Shown here in pieces: positions 14,500 through 27,039 of a DNA stretch of 64,000 nucleotides. The notes beneath the pieces were generated by a model, which saw only the letters and a program-made list of their open reading frames with translations, searched no databases and had not been told where the DNA came from. Position numbers and translations under genes: made by a program. The DNA is from Mustelus asterias (lineage: Eukaryota): NCBI RefSeq assembly GCF_964213995.1, contig NW_027590274.1:62001-126000 (forward strand), written 5' to 3'. Every line of letters begins with the position of its first letter. Within the stretch, counting starts at the first letter, position 1.

Positions 14500-14660
14500 T
14501 ATTTGGTCTCTTGGTTCTGCGTCTGTTTCCAATGCTGTTGTACTGTCCACGGAGGGCGCTCTCTGATCGCTTACCGAAAATCATGGCCTCCTTTTGCAGA
14601 AAGCGACTATTTGCCGATATGCAAATAGGCGGAGAAAATAAATCCCATCCCATCACATTG
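14500..14660 (+). promoter_or_regulatory. orphan copy of the V-gene upstream region, with octamer ATGCAAAT (14619-14626)
   Basis: Aligns by eye with 27295-27430, which lies upstream of the V leader at 27533; no leader follows here. Confidence 0.5.
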
Positions 14661-15384
14661 TATCTTCCCGGTTCTTTTGATTCAACCTTTAACTTCAATA
14701 CATTCATTTAACACAAATGCCCTCATTCTGAATTGAATATCTCTGAAATAGACAACATTGAATTGCAAGCATGGCTAATCAACAAAAGAGCGCGAGTCAC
14801 TGGGAAATACACATCCCATGGTACTTTTTTGAAATTGACCAAAGTCAGCTTTCAAACAAAAGCAAATATCTTTCAAGGGAAGAGATTTAAGAATGATCTG
14901 TTAGTTATACGTGATCCTTCTTTATTCGGTGTGTGAAACATTCTGGCACTTAAATATCTTTCATCGACCGGAGGCCCAGCAGTTCCGCACTGATTCTCGA
15001 TTTCCTCATCTGTCTGAGTGTTTTTTCCTATTTCTTTATTCGGAAGAACAATTTTAAAAATAAGCTTCGAAGCAATGTGTGCCATTTCCTCGAGTTCCGT
15101 TACAGTTTCACTTGTGTCTGTCTACCACGACTGGTAGACATGTTTCAGATGGTGATTAAGTCTGTTCGTCTGCACCGGTAAACGCATTAAATTTTGTTGC
15201 GGACTGAACGAGTAGCGAATATATGTACAAACAATACATACATTTATTTCCTGCCATTGCATCCTAAATAACAGCATTTCTGATTTTCCTAAAGGCAATT
15301 GAATTAATGTAAGGTCCGATTTTCCGAAAAGCATTTGAGTTGATGTAACATCGAGATTCACATAATGTTGAGCAATGATGGTGG

Positions 15385-15690
15385 CACAGTGGGACGGCAC
15401 AGTGGCACATTGGTTAGCACTGCGGCCTCACAGACACCTGAGTTCGATTCACGGCTTGGGTCACTGTCTGTGTTGCGTTTGCACGTTCTCTCCGTGTTCC
15501 CCGGGTCCTGGTTTCCTCCTACGGTCCAAAGATGTGCAGGTGAGGTGGATAGGCCATGCTAAATTGCCCCTTAGTGCCAGGGGGACGAGCTAGGTAAATA
15601 CATGGGGTTATGGGGATAGGGCCTGGGTGGGATTGTGTTCGGTGCAGTCTCGATGGGCCGAATGGCCTCCCTCTTCTCTGCATGATTCTA
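15385..15690 (+). mobile_element. HE1-like SINE with CR1-type tail
   Basis: GGCACAGTGG..TTAGCACTGC head, conserved core, GATGGGCCGAATGGCCTCC..GATTCTA tail. Confidence 0.85.
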
Positions 15691-15742
15691 GGAAGTTAAA
15701 CCATGCAGGCATCGCACTCCCTTCATAAGAATGGTCCAAAAG

Positions 15743-15820
15743 TGCTTCTAAAGTGCCGGGTTTTGATCCGGGAATCTTTTACGTGTGAGGCGAACGTGGT
15801 AACCATGACATTACACGAAC
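15743..15820 (-). pseudogene. tRNA-Val(CAC) pseudogene
   Basis: Reverse complement GGTTACCACGTTCGCCTCACACG..CCCGGATCAAAACCCGG matches the vertebrate Val consensus; stems degraded. Confidence 0.8.
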
Positions 15821-17016
15821 AGCTGACAGCATATTTTAGCTAATCGGCCTGTCTGCAATGTCCAACTGCGCTGCGCTGCTGCAGGTTCCAATGGTTAGAC
15901 TGAGAGCCCATGTCACTTAATTCAGGAAGAAAACCGGTATTTTCAACCTGATTTCTCAACTTATCTTGAACATCAAAATTTAAAAGCTTTCGTTTGGCAA
16001 ATATCTAAGTGAGCATTGATTTCTGCCCATTCATTAATGCAGCATTCTCATCTTCCTTCGAATAATCTCAACAAATTGTAATCAGTAATAAAAGTAAATT
16101 ACTGCGGATTCTGGAATCGGAAACCAAAAGAGAAAATGCTGGAAAATCTCGCAATGTCTGACAGCTCCTGTTAGGAGAGAAAAGGGCTGACCTTTCGAGT
16201 CCAGATGACATTTTGTGAAAGCTCATTGAGCAATTGTACTCAGTATTTTTTTTATTATTCACTATTTAGTATCAATGCATTATTTAACACATATGTCTTC
16301 ATTATGAATTGAATATTTCTGGAATTGAATATCACTGAATTGCAAACATAACTGACCAACAGAACGAAGCGAATCACCGGGTAATCACCGGGTAATACAG
16401 ATCGCAATTTTGAGATTGACAATCGCCAGCTTTTAAACAAATTCAACTACGTTTTAAATGGAAGTGATTCAAAAATTAAATGTTCGTGACACTTGAGCCT
16501 TTTTTATTATGGGCGTGAAATAGTCAGGCGCATAAATTCCGGCCATTTATAGGAAAGTCCAGAAGATCTGCACTGAGTCCCGATTCCTTCATCTGTCTGA
16601 GTGTCTTTTTTTCTATTTCTTTGTTGTGAACAACGATTTTAAAATGGAATCTTCTGGGAAATGAGCGCCATTTCCGATAGATCACTTACAATATCACTTG
16701 TGTCAGTCTTCTGGAGCACAAACTACTATTAGATATGTTTCAGACGGCGATTAGCCATGTCAGTCTGCACCTATAAACCCATTAAATTCTGTTGGAGACT
16801 GAACGAGATGCGAATATGTGCTCGATGTCAAAATCGAAACGTTTCTTTCCTGTCAGTGCATCAAAAAAAAATCAGCATTTCTTATTTTACAGAAAACATT
16901 GGAGGCCGATGTCAGAGCAACGATAATATGCCTGTAATATCGAGGTTCAGATAATGTTGAGGAACGAACTGAAATCATGCAATTTTCCTTCACCCGACAT
17001 GAGAAATCTTAATGAA

Positions 17017-17089
17017 TGTTTCTGCTTCGTTTGGAACCAGGATCCTTCCGCGTGTCAGACGAACATAATAACCACTACACTACAGAAAC
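17017..17089 (-). pseudogene. tRNA-Val pseudogene (anticodon position reads GAC)
   Basis: GTTTCTGTAGTGTAGTGGTTATTATGTTCGTCTGACACGCGGAAGGATCCTGGTTCCAAACGAAGCAGAAACA; T-stem broken. Confidence 0.82.
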
Positions 17090-17554
17090 AGCTGGACTCA
17101 AGCTGCAGCAAATCGGCCTGTCCGCAATGTTCAACTGCTGCAGGTTCCAATGGTTAGACTGAGAGCCCATGTCACTTAATTCAGGAAGATAACCGTTGCT
17201 TTCAATCTGATTGCTCAAATTATCTTGAACTTCAAAAGTTAAAAGCGTTCTTCTGGCAAATATCTAAGGGAACAATGATTTCTGGCCATTCATTAATGCA
17301 TCATTCTCATCTTCCTTCGACTAATCTCAACCAATTTTACTCAGCGATAAAAGCAAATTCCTGCGGATACTGGAATCGGAAACCAAACGAGAAAATGCTG
17401 GTAAATCTCAAAACGTCTGACAGCACCTGTAAGGAGAGAAATGAGCTGATGTTCGAATCCAGGTGACACTTTAACAAAGTTCATTGTACAATTGTACTCA
17501 GTATTTGTTTCAGTATTTAGTCTGAATGCATTATTTAACACATATGTCTTCATT

Positions 17555-20449
17555 ATGAATTGTATACCTCTGAAATTCAATATCATAGAATTGCTCCTCC
17601 CTCTGGGGGAGGATGACCTCACTGGGCCTGGAGGTCTGGAGTGCTTATACTTAAATGCAAGGAGCGTAGCAGGTAAGACAGATGAACTTAGGGCCTTAAT
17701 GCTCACGATGAATTTGGATGTGGTTGCGGTGACAGAGACTTGGTTGAAAGAGGTACAGGACTGGCAGCTGAATATTCCGGGGTACAAGTGTTTTAGGCGA
17801 GACAGAGGAGGGACCAAAAGAGGTGGGGGAGTAGCAGTATTAGTTGGAGAGCATATTACAGCGGTGCAGAGGGAGGACAATTCAGAGGGGTCGTGTAACG
17901 AGTCACTCTGGGTGGAGCTTAGAAACAGGAAGGGCGCAGTCACTATGTTGGGGGTGTACTACAGCAACCCCCCCCCCCCCCCCCCCCCCGCCAACAGCCC
18001 AAGGGAAGTGGAAGAACGGATATGTCAGGAAATACTGGATAGCTGCAGGAAAAATAGGGTTGTTGTAGTGGGAGACTTCAATTTCCCTGGTATAGACTGG
18101 AAATCGCTGAGATCAGGGACTCTGAATGAGGAGGAATTTGTAAAATGCGTACAGGAGGGTTCTTTGGAACAATATGTAGATAGCCCGACTAGAGAGGGGG
18201 CTATACTAGACCTCGTACTGGGGAATGAGCCCGGTCAGGTCTTCAAAGTTTCGGTAGGGGAACATGTGGCAAATAGTGACCACAATTCTGTTAGCTTTAG
18301 GATAGTGATGGAAAAGGATGAGTGGTGTCCCAAGGGTAAGGTGTTGGATTGGGGGAAGGCTAACTTTAGTGGGATTAGGCAGAAATTGGCAGCTCTTGAT
18401 TGGGAGAGGCTGTTTGAGGGTAAATCCACATCTGGCATGTGGGAGTCTTTTAAGGAACAGTTGTTAGGGCTACAGGACAGGCATGTGCCTGTTAAAAAGA
18501 AGAATAGGAAGGGTAGGATTCGAGAACCGTGGATAACCAGGGAAATTGAGGGACTGGTCAAAAAGAAAAGAGAGGCGTATGGTAGGTCCAGGCAGCTAAA
18601 AACGGAGGGAGCTCTGGAGGAGTACAAAGAAAGTAGGAAAGAACTCAAACGGGGAATTAGAAGAGCAAAAAGGGGTCACGAAATGTTCTTGGCAGACAGG
18701 ATTAAGGAGAATCCCAAGGCATTTTATTCATACGTTAGGAACAAAAGGGTTGTCAGGGAAAAAATCGGACCTCTCAGGGACAAAAGTGGGGAATTATACT
18801 TGGAGCCCAAAGAAGTAGGGGAGATCCTAAATGAATACTTTGCGTCGGTATTCACAAAGGAGAGGGATGTGTTGACTGGGAGTGTCTCGGAGGGGAGTGT
18901 TGAACCGTTGGAGAAAATCTCCATTACAAAGGAGGAAGTGTTAGGTTTGTTAGAGAATTTAAAGACTGACAAATCCCCAGGGCCTGATGGAATCTATCCA
19001 AGGCTGCTCAGGGAGACGAGAGATGAAATCGCTGGGCCTCTGACGCAAATTTTTGTCTCGTCACTGGACGCAGGTGAGGTCCCAGAGGATTGGAGGATAG
19101 CTAATGTGGTTCCGTTATTTAAGAAGGGTAGGACAGATAACCCGGGTAATTATAGGCCGGTGAGCTTGACGTCCGTGGTGGGGAAGTTGTTGGAGAAGAT
19201 TCTTAGAGATAGGATGTATGCGCATTTAGAAAGGAATAAACTCATTAACGATAGTCAGCATGGTTTTGTGAGAGGGAGGTCATGCCTCCCTAACCTGGTG
19301 GAGTTTTTTGAAGAAGTGACCAAAATGGTTGACGAAGGAAGGGCCATGGATGTCGTCTATATGGACTTTAGTAAAGCGTTTGACAAAGTCCCTCATGGTA
19401 GGCTGGTGAAAAAGGTTGGATCTCATGGGATAAAGGGGGAGGTGGCTAGATGGGTGGAGAACTGGCTTGGTCACAGAAGACAGAGAGTGGTAGTGGAAGG
19501 GTCTTTCTCCGGCTGGAGGCCTGTGACTAGTGGTGTTCCGCAGGGCTCTGTATTGGGACCTCTGCTGTTTGTGATTTATATAAATGATCTGGAAGAAGGT
19601 GTAACTGGGGTGATCAGTAAGTTTGCGGACGACACAAAATTGGCAGGACTTGCAGATAGTGAGGAGCATTGTCAGAAGCTACAGAAGGATATAGATAGGC
19701 TGGAAATTTGGGCAAAGAAATGGCAGATGGAGTTCGATCCTGATGAATGCGAAGTGATGCATTTTGGTAGAAATAATGTCGGGAGGAGCTATATGATAAA
19801 TGGCAGAACCATAAAGGGTGTAGATACGCAGAGGGACATGGGTGTGCAAGTCCACAGATCCTTGAAGGTGACGTCACAGGTGGAGAAGGCGGTGAAGAAG
19901 GCATATGGCATGCTTGCCTTTATAGGGCGGGGCATAGAGTATAAAAGTTGGGGTCTGATGTTGCAGATGTATAGAACGTTGGTTCAGCCGCATCTGGAAT
20001 ACTGCGTCCAGTTCTGGTCGCCACACTACCAGAAGGACGTGGAGGCTTTGGAGAGAGTACAGAGGAGGTTTACCAGGATGTTACCTGGTATGGAGGGGCT
20101 TAGTTATGAGGAGAGATTGGCTAAACTGGGGTTGTTCTCCCTGGAAAGACGGAGGATGAGGGGAGACTTAATAGAGGTGTATAAAATTATGAAAGGCATA
20201 GATAGGGTGAACGGTGGGAAGCTTTTCCCCAGGTCGGTGTTGACGTTCACGAGGGGTCATAGGTTCAAGGTGAAGGGAGGGAGGTTTAACGCAGATATCA
20301 GACGGACATATTTTACACAGAGGGTGGTGGGGGCCTGGAATGCGCTGCCAGGCAAGGTGGTGGAGGCGGACACACTGGGAACGTTTAAGACTTATCTAGA
20401 CAGCCATATGAACGGAGTGGGAATGGAGGGATACAAAAGAATGGTCTAG
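17555..20449 (+). CDS. CR1 ORF2: APE endonuclease + reverse transcriptase, uninterrupted
   Basis: YLNARS, VTETW, GDFN, SDH (EN); [25 protein letters not shown] (RT). No stop. The in-frame ATG at 17555 lies in host DNA. Confidence 0.85.
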   Translation: MNCIPLKFNIIELLLPLGEDDLTGPGGLECLYLNARSVAGKTDELRALMLTMNLDVVAVTETWLKEVQDWQLNIPGYKCFRRDRGGTKRGGGVAVLVGEHITAVQREDNSEGSCNESLWVELRNRKGAVTMLGVYYSNPPPPPPPANSPREVEERICQEILDSCRKNRVVVVGDFNFPGIDWKSLRSGTLNEEEFVKCVQEGSLEQYVDSPTREGAILDLVLGNEPGQVFKVSVGEHVANSDHNSVSFRIVMEKDEWCPKGKVLDWGKANFSGIRQKLAALDWERLFEGKSTSGMWESFKEQLLGLQDRHVPVKKKNRKGRIREPWITREIEGLVKKKREAYGRSRQLKTEGALEEYKESRKELKRGIRRAKRGHEMFLADRIKENPKAFYSYVRNKRVVREKIGPLRDKSGELYLEPKEVGEILNEYFASVFTKERDVLTGSVSEGSVEPLEKISITKEEVLGLLENLKTDKSPGPDGIYPRLLRETRDEIAGPLTQIFVSSLDAGEVPEDWRIANVVPLFKKGRTDNPGNYRPVSLTSVVGKLLEKILRDRMYAHLERNKLINDSQHGFVRGRSCLPNLVEFFEEVTKMVDEGRAMDVVYMDFSKAFDKVPHGRLVKKVGSHGIKGEVARWVENWLGHRRQRVVVEGSFSGWRPVTSGVPQGSVLGPLLFVIYINDLEEGVTGVISKFADDTKLAGLADSEEHCQKLQKDIDRLEIWAKKWQMEFDPDECEVMHFGRNNVGRSYMINGRTIKGVDTQRDMGVQVHRSLKVTSQVEKAVKKAYGMLAFIGRGIEYKSWGLMLQMYRTLVQPHLEYCVQFWSPHYQKDVEALERVQRRFTRMLPGMEGLSYEERLAKLGLFSLERRRMRGDLIEVYKIMKGIDRVNGGKLFPRSVLTFTRGHRFKVKGGRFNADIRRTYFTQRVVGAWNALPGKVVEADTLGTFKTYLDSHMNGVGMEGYKRMV

Positions 20450-20529
20450 TTTGGACCAGGGAGCGGCGCGGGCTTGGAGGGCCGAAGGGCCTGTTCCTGT
20501 GCTGTATTGTTCTTTGTTCTTTGTTCTTT
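17595..20529 (+). mobile_element. young 5'-truncated CR1 LINE with complete ORF2
   Basis: Inserted into an array unit between GAATTGC and ATAACTGA (AAAC lost, no TSD); (TTGTTCT)n tail. Confidence 0.96.
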
Positions 20530-21127
20530 ATAACTGATCAAAAGGAATCGAGTCACCGGGGAATACAGATCACAATTATGAGATTGACCATAGCGAACTA
20601 CATTTAACCAAAGTGAACTACATTTAAATAGACGAGATTGAAGAATTATCTGCTATTGACACTTGTGTCTTTTTTATTATGGGCGTGAAATATTCAGGCG
20701 CATAAATTCCAGCCATTTAAATGAAAGTCCAGTAGATCCGCACTAAATCTCGATTTCCTCATCTATCTGAGTGTTTTTTTTTTCCTATTTCTTTGTTTTG
20801 AAGAACGATTAAAGAAAAAGATTCTTCTGGGAAATGTGCGCCATTTCCGATAGTTCACTTGTGTTAGTCCCCTCGAGCACATACTACAATTCGAACAGTT
20901 CCAGATGGTGAATAGCTGCGTTCATCTGCACCCACAAACTCATTAAATTCTGTTGTTGATTGAACGTGATGCGAATATGTGCACAGTGTCGCAATCGAAA
21001 TGTTTCTTTCCTGTCATTTCGTCACAAAGCTATCAACATTCTTATTTTACAGAAAGCATTTGAGGCCGAGGTCAGAGCAAAGATCATATGGCTGCAATAT
21101 CAAGATTCGGATAACGTTCAGCAACGA

Positions 21128-21900
21128 AAGTCTAATACAGATAGGAAATATACAGTAAATGGCAGCACCCTTAAGAGTATTGATAGACAAAGGGATCTGG
21201 GTGTACAAGTACACAGGTCACTGAAAGTGGCAATGCAGGTGGAGAAGGTAGTCAAGAAGGCATACGGCATGGTTGCCTTCATCGGCCGGGGCATTGAGTT
21301 TAAAAATTGGCAAGTCATGTTGCAGCTTTATAGAACCTTATTTGGGCCGCACTTGGAATATCGTGTTGAATTCTGGTTACCACACAACCAGAAGGATGTG
21401 GAGCTTTGGAGAGGGTACATAAAAGATTTGCCAGGATGTTGCGTGGTATGGAGAGGATTAGCTACGAAGTGAGATTGCAGAAACTTGGTTTGTTCTCACG
21501 AGAGCGACGAAGGTTGAGGGGCGCCCTGATAGAAGTCTACAAGATTATGAGAGGCATGGACAGAGTGGATAGTCAGAAGCTTTTTCCTCGGGTGGAAGAG
21601 TCAATTACTGGGGGACATAGGTTTACAATGCGAGGGGCAAGGTTTAAAGGAGATGTACAAGGCAGACTTTTTAAACAGGGATTAGTGGGTGCCTGGGACT
21701 TGTTGCCAGGGGAGGTAGTGCAAGCGAATACGGTAGTGACTTTTAAGGGGCGCCTTGACAAGTACATGAATAGGAATGGGAATAGAGGGATATGGTCCCC
21801 GGAAAGGTCGGGGGTTTTGGTTAATTCGGGCAGCATGGTCGGTACAGACATGGAGGGCCGAAGGGCCTGTTCCTGTGCTGTAATGTTCTTTGTTCTTTGT
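21128..21900 (+). mobile_element. CR1 3' fragment inserted in an array unit
   Basis: RT C-terminal ORF pieces and TTCTTTG tail; host AGCAACGA|ACTGAAATC is split. Confidence 0.93.
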
Positions 21901-21949
21901 ACTGAAATCATACAGATTTTCCTCAATCTAAATTAGGAAGCTCAATAAA

Positions 21950-21985
21950 TGTTTCTGCCAGGTTTTGAACCTGGAACCTTTCGCC
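21950..21985 (-). pseudogene. truncated tRNA-Val 3' half
   Basis: TGTTTCTGCCAGGTTTTGAACCTGGAACCTTTCGC at the homologous array position. Confidence 0.65.
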
Positions 21986-23186
21986 TCTCTGCAATGTTCA
22001 ACTGCGCTGTATTGCTGCAGTTTCAAATGATTAGACTGAGAGCCCATGTCACTTGTTTCAGGAAGATAACCGTTACTTTCAATGTGATTGCTCAACTTAT
22101 CTTGAACTTCAAAATTTGAAAGCGATCGCCTGGCAAATATCTAAGGGATCAATGATTTCTGCTCATTCACTAATGCATCATATTCATCTTCCTTCGAATA
22201 ATCTCAACCACTTGTGCTCATTAATAAAAGCAAATTACTGGGGATGATGGATTCTGAAAGCAGAGGAGAAAATGCTGGAAAATCTCACATGGTCTGGCAG
22301 CATATGTAAGGAGAGAAAGGAGCTGACGTTTCGAGTCCAGATGACACTTTGTCAAAGCTCATTGTACAATTGTACTCAGTATTTGTTTCAATATTTAGTG
22401 TCAATGCATGATTTAACACATATGTCTGAATATCTCTGAACTTGAATATCACTGAATTGCAAACGTAACTGGCCAACGAAAAGAGTCGAGTCACCGGGTA
22501 ATACAGATCCCATGGTGTTTGTTTGAGATTGGCCATCATCAGCTTTTAAACAAAGTCAACTATAATTAAATGGAAGAGATTGAAGAATTATCTGTTAGGT
22601 ATACTTGAGTCTTTTTTATTATAAGTGTGAAACACTCAGGCGCATAAATTCCAGCCATCTATAGGAAAGATTAGTTGATCCGCACTGAGTCTCCATTTCC
22701 TCATCTGTCTGAGTGTTTTTTTTCCGATTTCCATGTGATAAAGCAAGATTTTTAAAAAAAGATTCTTCTGGGAAATTTGCACCATTTCCCCTAGTTCCCC
22801 TAGTTCCCCTAGACTTCTATCAGGTCGCCCCTCAACCTCCGTCGTTCTAGTTCACTTAGAGTATTACTTGTGTCTGTCTTTTTGAGCACACACTCCCATT
22901 AGACATGTTTCAGATGGTGATTCGCTATTTTAGTTTGCACCTATGAACCCATTAAATTCTGTTGTCCACTGAACAAGATGATACTATGTGCAGGTTGTCA
23001 AAGTAGAGACGTTTCTTTCCTGCCATTGCGTCAAAAAAAATCAGCATTTCTTATTCGCAGAAAGCATTTGAGGTTGAGGTCAGAGGAAAGATAATATTGC
23101 TGTAATAACGAGATTCGGATAATGTTCAGCAACGAACTGAAATCATACAGGATTTCCCTCATCTTACATGAGCAAGCTTAACGAAT

Positions 23187-23255
23187 GCTGTTTCCCCGTT
23201 TCGGACCGGGGACTTTTCGTGTTTTAGGAGAACGGGATAACCACTCCACTGCAGC
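23187..23255 (-). pseudogene. tRNA-Val pseudogene
   Basis: GTTTCGGACCGGGGACTTTTCGTG..GATAACCACTCCACTGC at the homologous array position. Confidence 0.7.
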
Positions 23256-24781
23256 TAGCATTGGGGCCTCAATGGCCCTGACTGCAATGTTTAACTCCAC
23301 TTTGTTGCTGCAGGTTTGAATGGTATGATTGAGGGCCCATGTCACTTAATACAAGAGCACAGCCCTTACTTTCAACCTGATATCTCAACTTATCTTGTTC
23401 TTCAAAATTAAAAATAGTTCGTCCGGCAAATATCTAAGGAAGCACTGATTTCTGCTCAATTATTAATGCGTTATTCTTAGCTTCCTGCGAATAATTTCAA
23501 CCAATTGTACTCAGTATCTGTTTCATAGAATCATAGATTCAGTGCAGAAACGGCCAATCGGCCCAACGAATCAGCAGCGACGCCAGAGTATCATAACCAG
23601 GCCATTTCCCCTGCTGTCCCCACAACGCTACTCTTTTCCCATGGCTAATCAATCTAACCGAGGGGCAATTTAGCATGCCCAATCCACCTTGGATCATCAT
23701 TCAATTTTTAATATCAATACAGTTATTTAATATATACGTCCAAATTCTGAATTTAATATCTCTGGAACAATATCTCTGGAATATGCAATTGGTCTGACTG
23801 CATTGTTCAACTCCGCTCTATTGCTGCAGGTTCGAATGGTTAGGCTGAGAGGCCATGTACCTCAGTGCAAGAAGGCAACCGTTACTTTCAACGTGATGTC
23901 TCAACTTGTCTCGAATTTCAAAATTTAAAAGCATTCATCGGACAAATGTCTAAGGGAACAATGATTTCTGCTCAATCGTGAATGCGTCATTCTCATATAC
24001 CATCGATTAACTTCAACCAGTTATATCCAGTATTTGTTCGGTAATCAACATTTACTATCAATCCAGTTATTTAACACATTGCGAATTGAATATGTCTGAA
24101 ATATACAACATTGAATTGCAAACATTACTGACCAACAAAATAAATCGAGTCACGGGTAATACACATCGAATGGTGCTTTTTTAAGTAAGTTTGACCATGA
24201 TCAGCTTTTAAACCAAATCAAATATATTTAAAGGGAAGAGATTCAAGAATGATCTGTCAGTTATACTTGATCCCTCTTTATTCTGTGTGAGAAACATTCT
24301 GGCGCCTAAATCTCGTTCATCTATAGGAGATCCAGAAGGTCCGCTTTGTTTCTTGATTTCCTCTTCTGTCTGAGAGGTTTTCCCTATTTCGTTAGTATGA
24401 AGAAAAATTTTAAAAAGATGCTTCGGGGAAATGTTCTCCATTTTCTCTACTTCAGTTACAGTATCACTTGTATCTGTATTTTTGAGCGCCCAATACTATT
24501 AGACATGTTTCAGTTGATGATGAAGTATGTTAGTCTGCATCTATAAACCTATTAAATTCTGGCGTGGACTGAAAATATTGCTAATATGTGCACGGTTTTA
24601 AAATAGGAACATTTCCTCTCATTGCGTCATGAAAATACAAGGTTTCTGATTTTGCTGAAAGCTTTTGAGGCAGAGGTGAGCGCAAATATAACATGGCTGT
24701 AACATCGAGTTTCGGATAATGTTCAGCTACAATCTGAAATTATACAGACTTCCCTCAACCTTAATGAACAAATTTCATTAA

Positions 24782-24853
24782 TGCTTCTGCTCGATTTCGA
24801 ACGTGGGCCCTTGCGTGCGTGAAGCAAATGCAACCAGCACGACACCACAGAAA
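24782..24853 (-). pseudogene. tRNA-Val pseudogene (highly diverged)
   Basis: TGCTTCTGCTCGATTTCGAAC..CACCACAGAAAC at the homologous array position. Confidence 0.62.
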
Positions 24854-26065
24854 CTGTTGGCTGCTCCGTAGCCCAATGGGGCTGAGTTGATATGTTGCAA
24901 TATTCGTTGGGAATGCTGGAGACACATTAATCTAAGAATGATTGAAAATGGTTAACAATGTCACAGATCGATGAGAGGCTCATCAATCCATCAGATATTT
25001 GCGAATTATTTTATGAGGAGCTAAATAATTAAGATGTCGTTGCGGGATTGATGGGCCGATGGGCCTGTTCCTGTCCTGAACTGTTCTTTGTTCCAATTTC
25101 AATTTCCTCCTCTCATTCCATGAAGTTGATGTTTCTCCCTTTTAAGTCATTGAAAAATCCCAATTTGAAGAAGGAGTTTCTGCGGAATCCATGGACAATT
25201 TGCTATAACAACCTTTCCCTTACCCAATGGCAGCAAGTATTGGATTTAGCTTCCTGATATAGTTTTCAACGTAAACATATATTTATTTTTGCAATTGATT
25301 TTATATCGATTTTACAAAACGAATTTAAATCTGATGAAGCATCTCCTCATTATTTCTGAATTATACCTAATATAACTACATTTACTCCACAACCTTCCAC
25401 AGAGTGTGGAATATAACAGACGAGAATAAATCACCTACACCTGAAGCAGTCTTCTTGTGCTGTCCTCCTGTGTCCTGAACATCCAATCCGAAAACCTCGA
25501 GAATGGATGGAGAATCTGTCTTATTCACACGGACTTCACATAGGCCAACACAGTGGCACAGTGGTTAGCACTGCTGTTTCACAACGCTAGGGACCCGGGT
25601 TCAATTGAAATTCCTCCTTAGTGTACACGAATAGGCGGCGGAATGTGGCGACGAGAGGATTTTCACAGTAACTTGAATTATTAATTGCAGTATTAATGTA
25701 AGCCTGGTTGTGACACGAGTAAATATGTTTTGCACACGGACACATCCAGAATATGTTTGGCGTAAAAATAAATATATCCATTATTGCTTATTCTGCAAAA
25801 GGGTCCACGTCGATTTGTCAATCAATGATCACCATTGATGAGAAATAGATTTCTGGCTGCTCCTGTTGTTAAAATGTTGTGTTCCATCGTAATGAGTATC
25901 TAACACGATATTGCCGCACTTACACCACACCAGGGAATTCCAGTTCAGGAAGTTTACTCTGGAGCTAGCACGCTTTTTACGTTGCCAATGAGTTCATGTC
26001 TCTTTTGTGTGTCAATGGCTGTGCCAATCTGCTTGGTTATCTTTCTTAGTGATTGTCCGTGTGTC

Positions 26066-26757
26066 TCGTGGAACAAGCTGCCAGAGGTATTAGTAGAAGC
26101 CGTTACAAGTTTATCTTTTAAAAAGCATTTAGATAGTATATGGGTACGATGGGTATAGAGGGATATGGGCCAAATGCGGGCAATTGAGATTAGCTGAGGG
26201 GTTTAAACAAAAACGGGCGGCATGGACAAGTTGGGCCGAAGGGCCTGTTTCCATGCTGAAAACCTCCAGAGATTTTAGAGAGAGTGCAGAGGAGGTTTAC
26301 CAGGATGTTGCCTGGTATGGAAGGGCTTAGTTATGAGGAGAGATTGGGTAAACTGGGGTTGTTCTCACTGGAAAGACGGAGGATGAGGGGTGACCTAAGA
26401 GAGGTGTATAAAATTATGAAAGGCATAGATAGAGTGAACGGTGAGAAGCTTTTTCCCAGGTCGGTGGTGACGTTCATGAGGGGTCATAGGTTCAAGATGA
26501 GGGGTGGGGGGGGGGGGGGGGAGGTTTAATACGGATATCAGAAGGAGGTATTTTACACAGAGGGTGGTGGGGGCCTGGAATGCGCTGCCGGGCAAGGTGG
26601 TGGAGGCGGTGGGAACGTTTAAGACTTATCTAGATAGCCACATGAACGGAGTGGGAATGGAGGGATACAAAAGAATGGTCTAGTTGGGACCAGGGAGCGG
26701 CGCGGGCTTGGAGGGCCGAAGGGCCTGTTCCTGTGCTGTATTGTTCTTTGTTCTTTG
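26066..26757 (+). mobile_element. two adjacent CR1 3' fragments; the second (26275-26757) is nearly identical to the end of 17595-20529
   Basis: QRRFTRMLPGMEGLSYEERL peptide and the same 3' UTR and tail. Confidence 0.9.
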
Positions 26758-27039
26758 ACTCTATGACTATGTTTGAGTCGATCGGTTTGGGAATCTATCA
26801 CTTAGTTTACTGGTCTCTGTGTTGATTCTGTGCAGTATCCGAGACTTCCAGTGAACACGGAGGTGGAAGTATTCATGCATTATCATGGTTAGCAACGCAA
26901 ACTAATAGGTGTCAGAAATCTGCAGAATAATTCTGGATTTATAACGAGGGACGTTAGAATTGATGTCACTGTCTGGGCATATATCTATATGGTTATATAT
27001 CCTTATTCGTGTTGGTCTTTCCACGTGACCGTGTGTCTA

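Larger units (their letters stand above)
14690..24860. repeat. tandem array of about 1.2-1.3 kb units (about 6, one short), most carrying a tRNA-Val pseudogene
   Basis: Marker GCTGCAGGTTCCAATGGTTAGACTGAGAGCCCATGTCACTT or variants at about 15877, 17138, 22014, 23307 and 23823. Confidence 0.9.

Noticed and set aside
17017-17089. Rare Val-GAC anticodon
   Set aside because: T-stem and other positions are degraded, so this is a neutral pseudogene mutation
17492-17594. N-terminal extension of the 985-aa ORF
   Set aside because: Host array sequence that happens to be in frame, not part of the element
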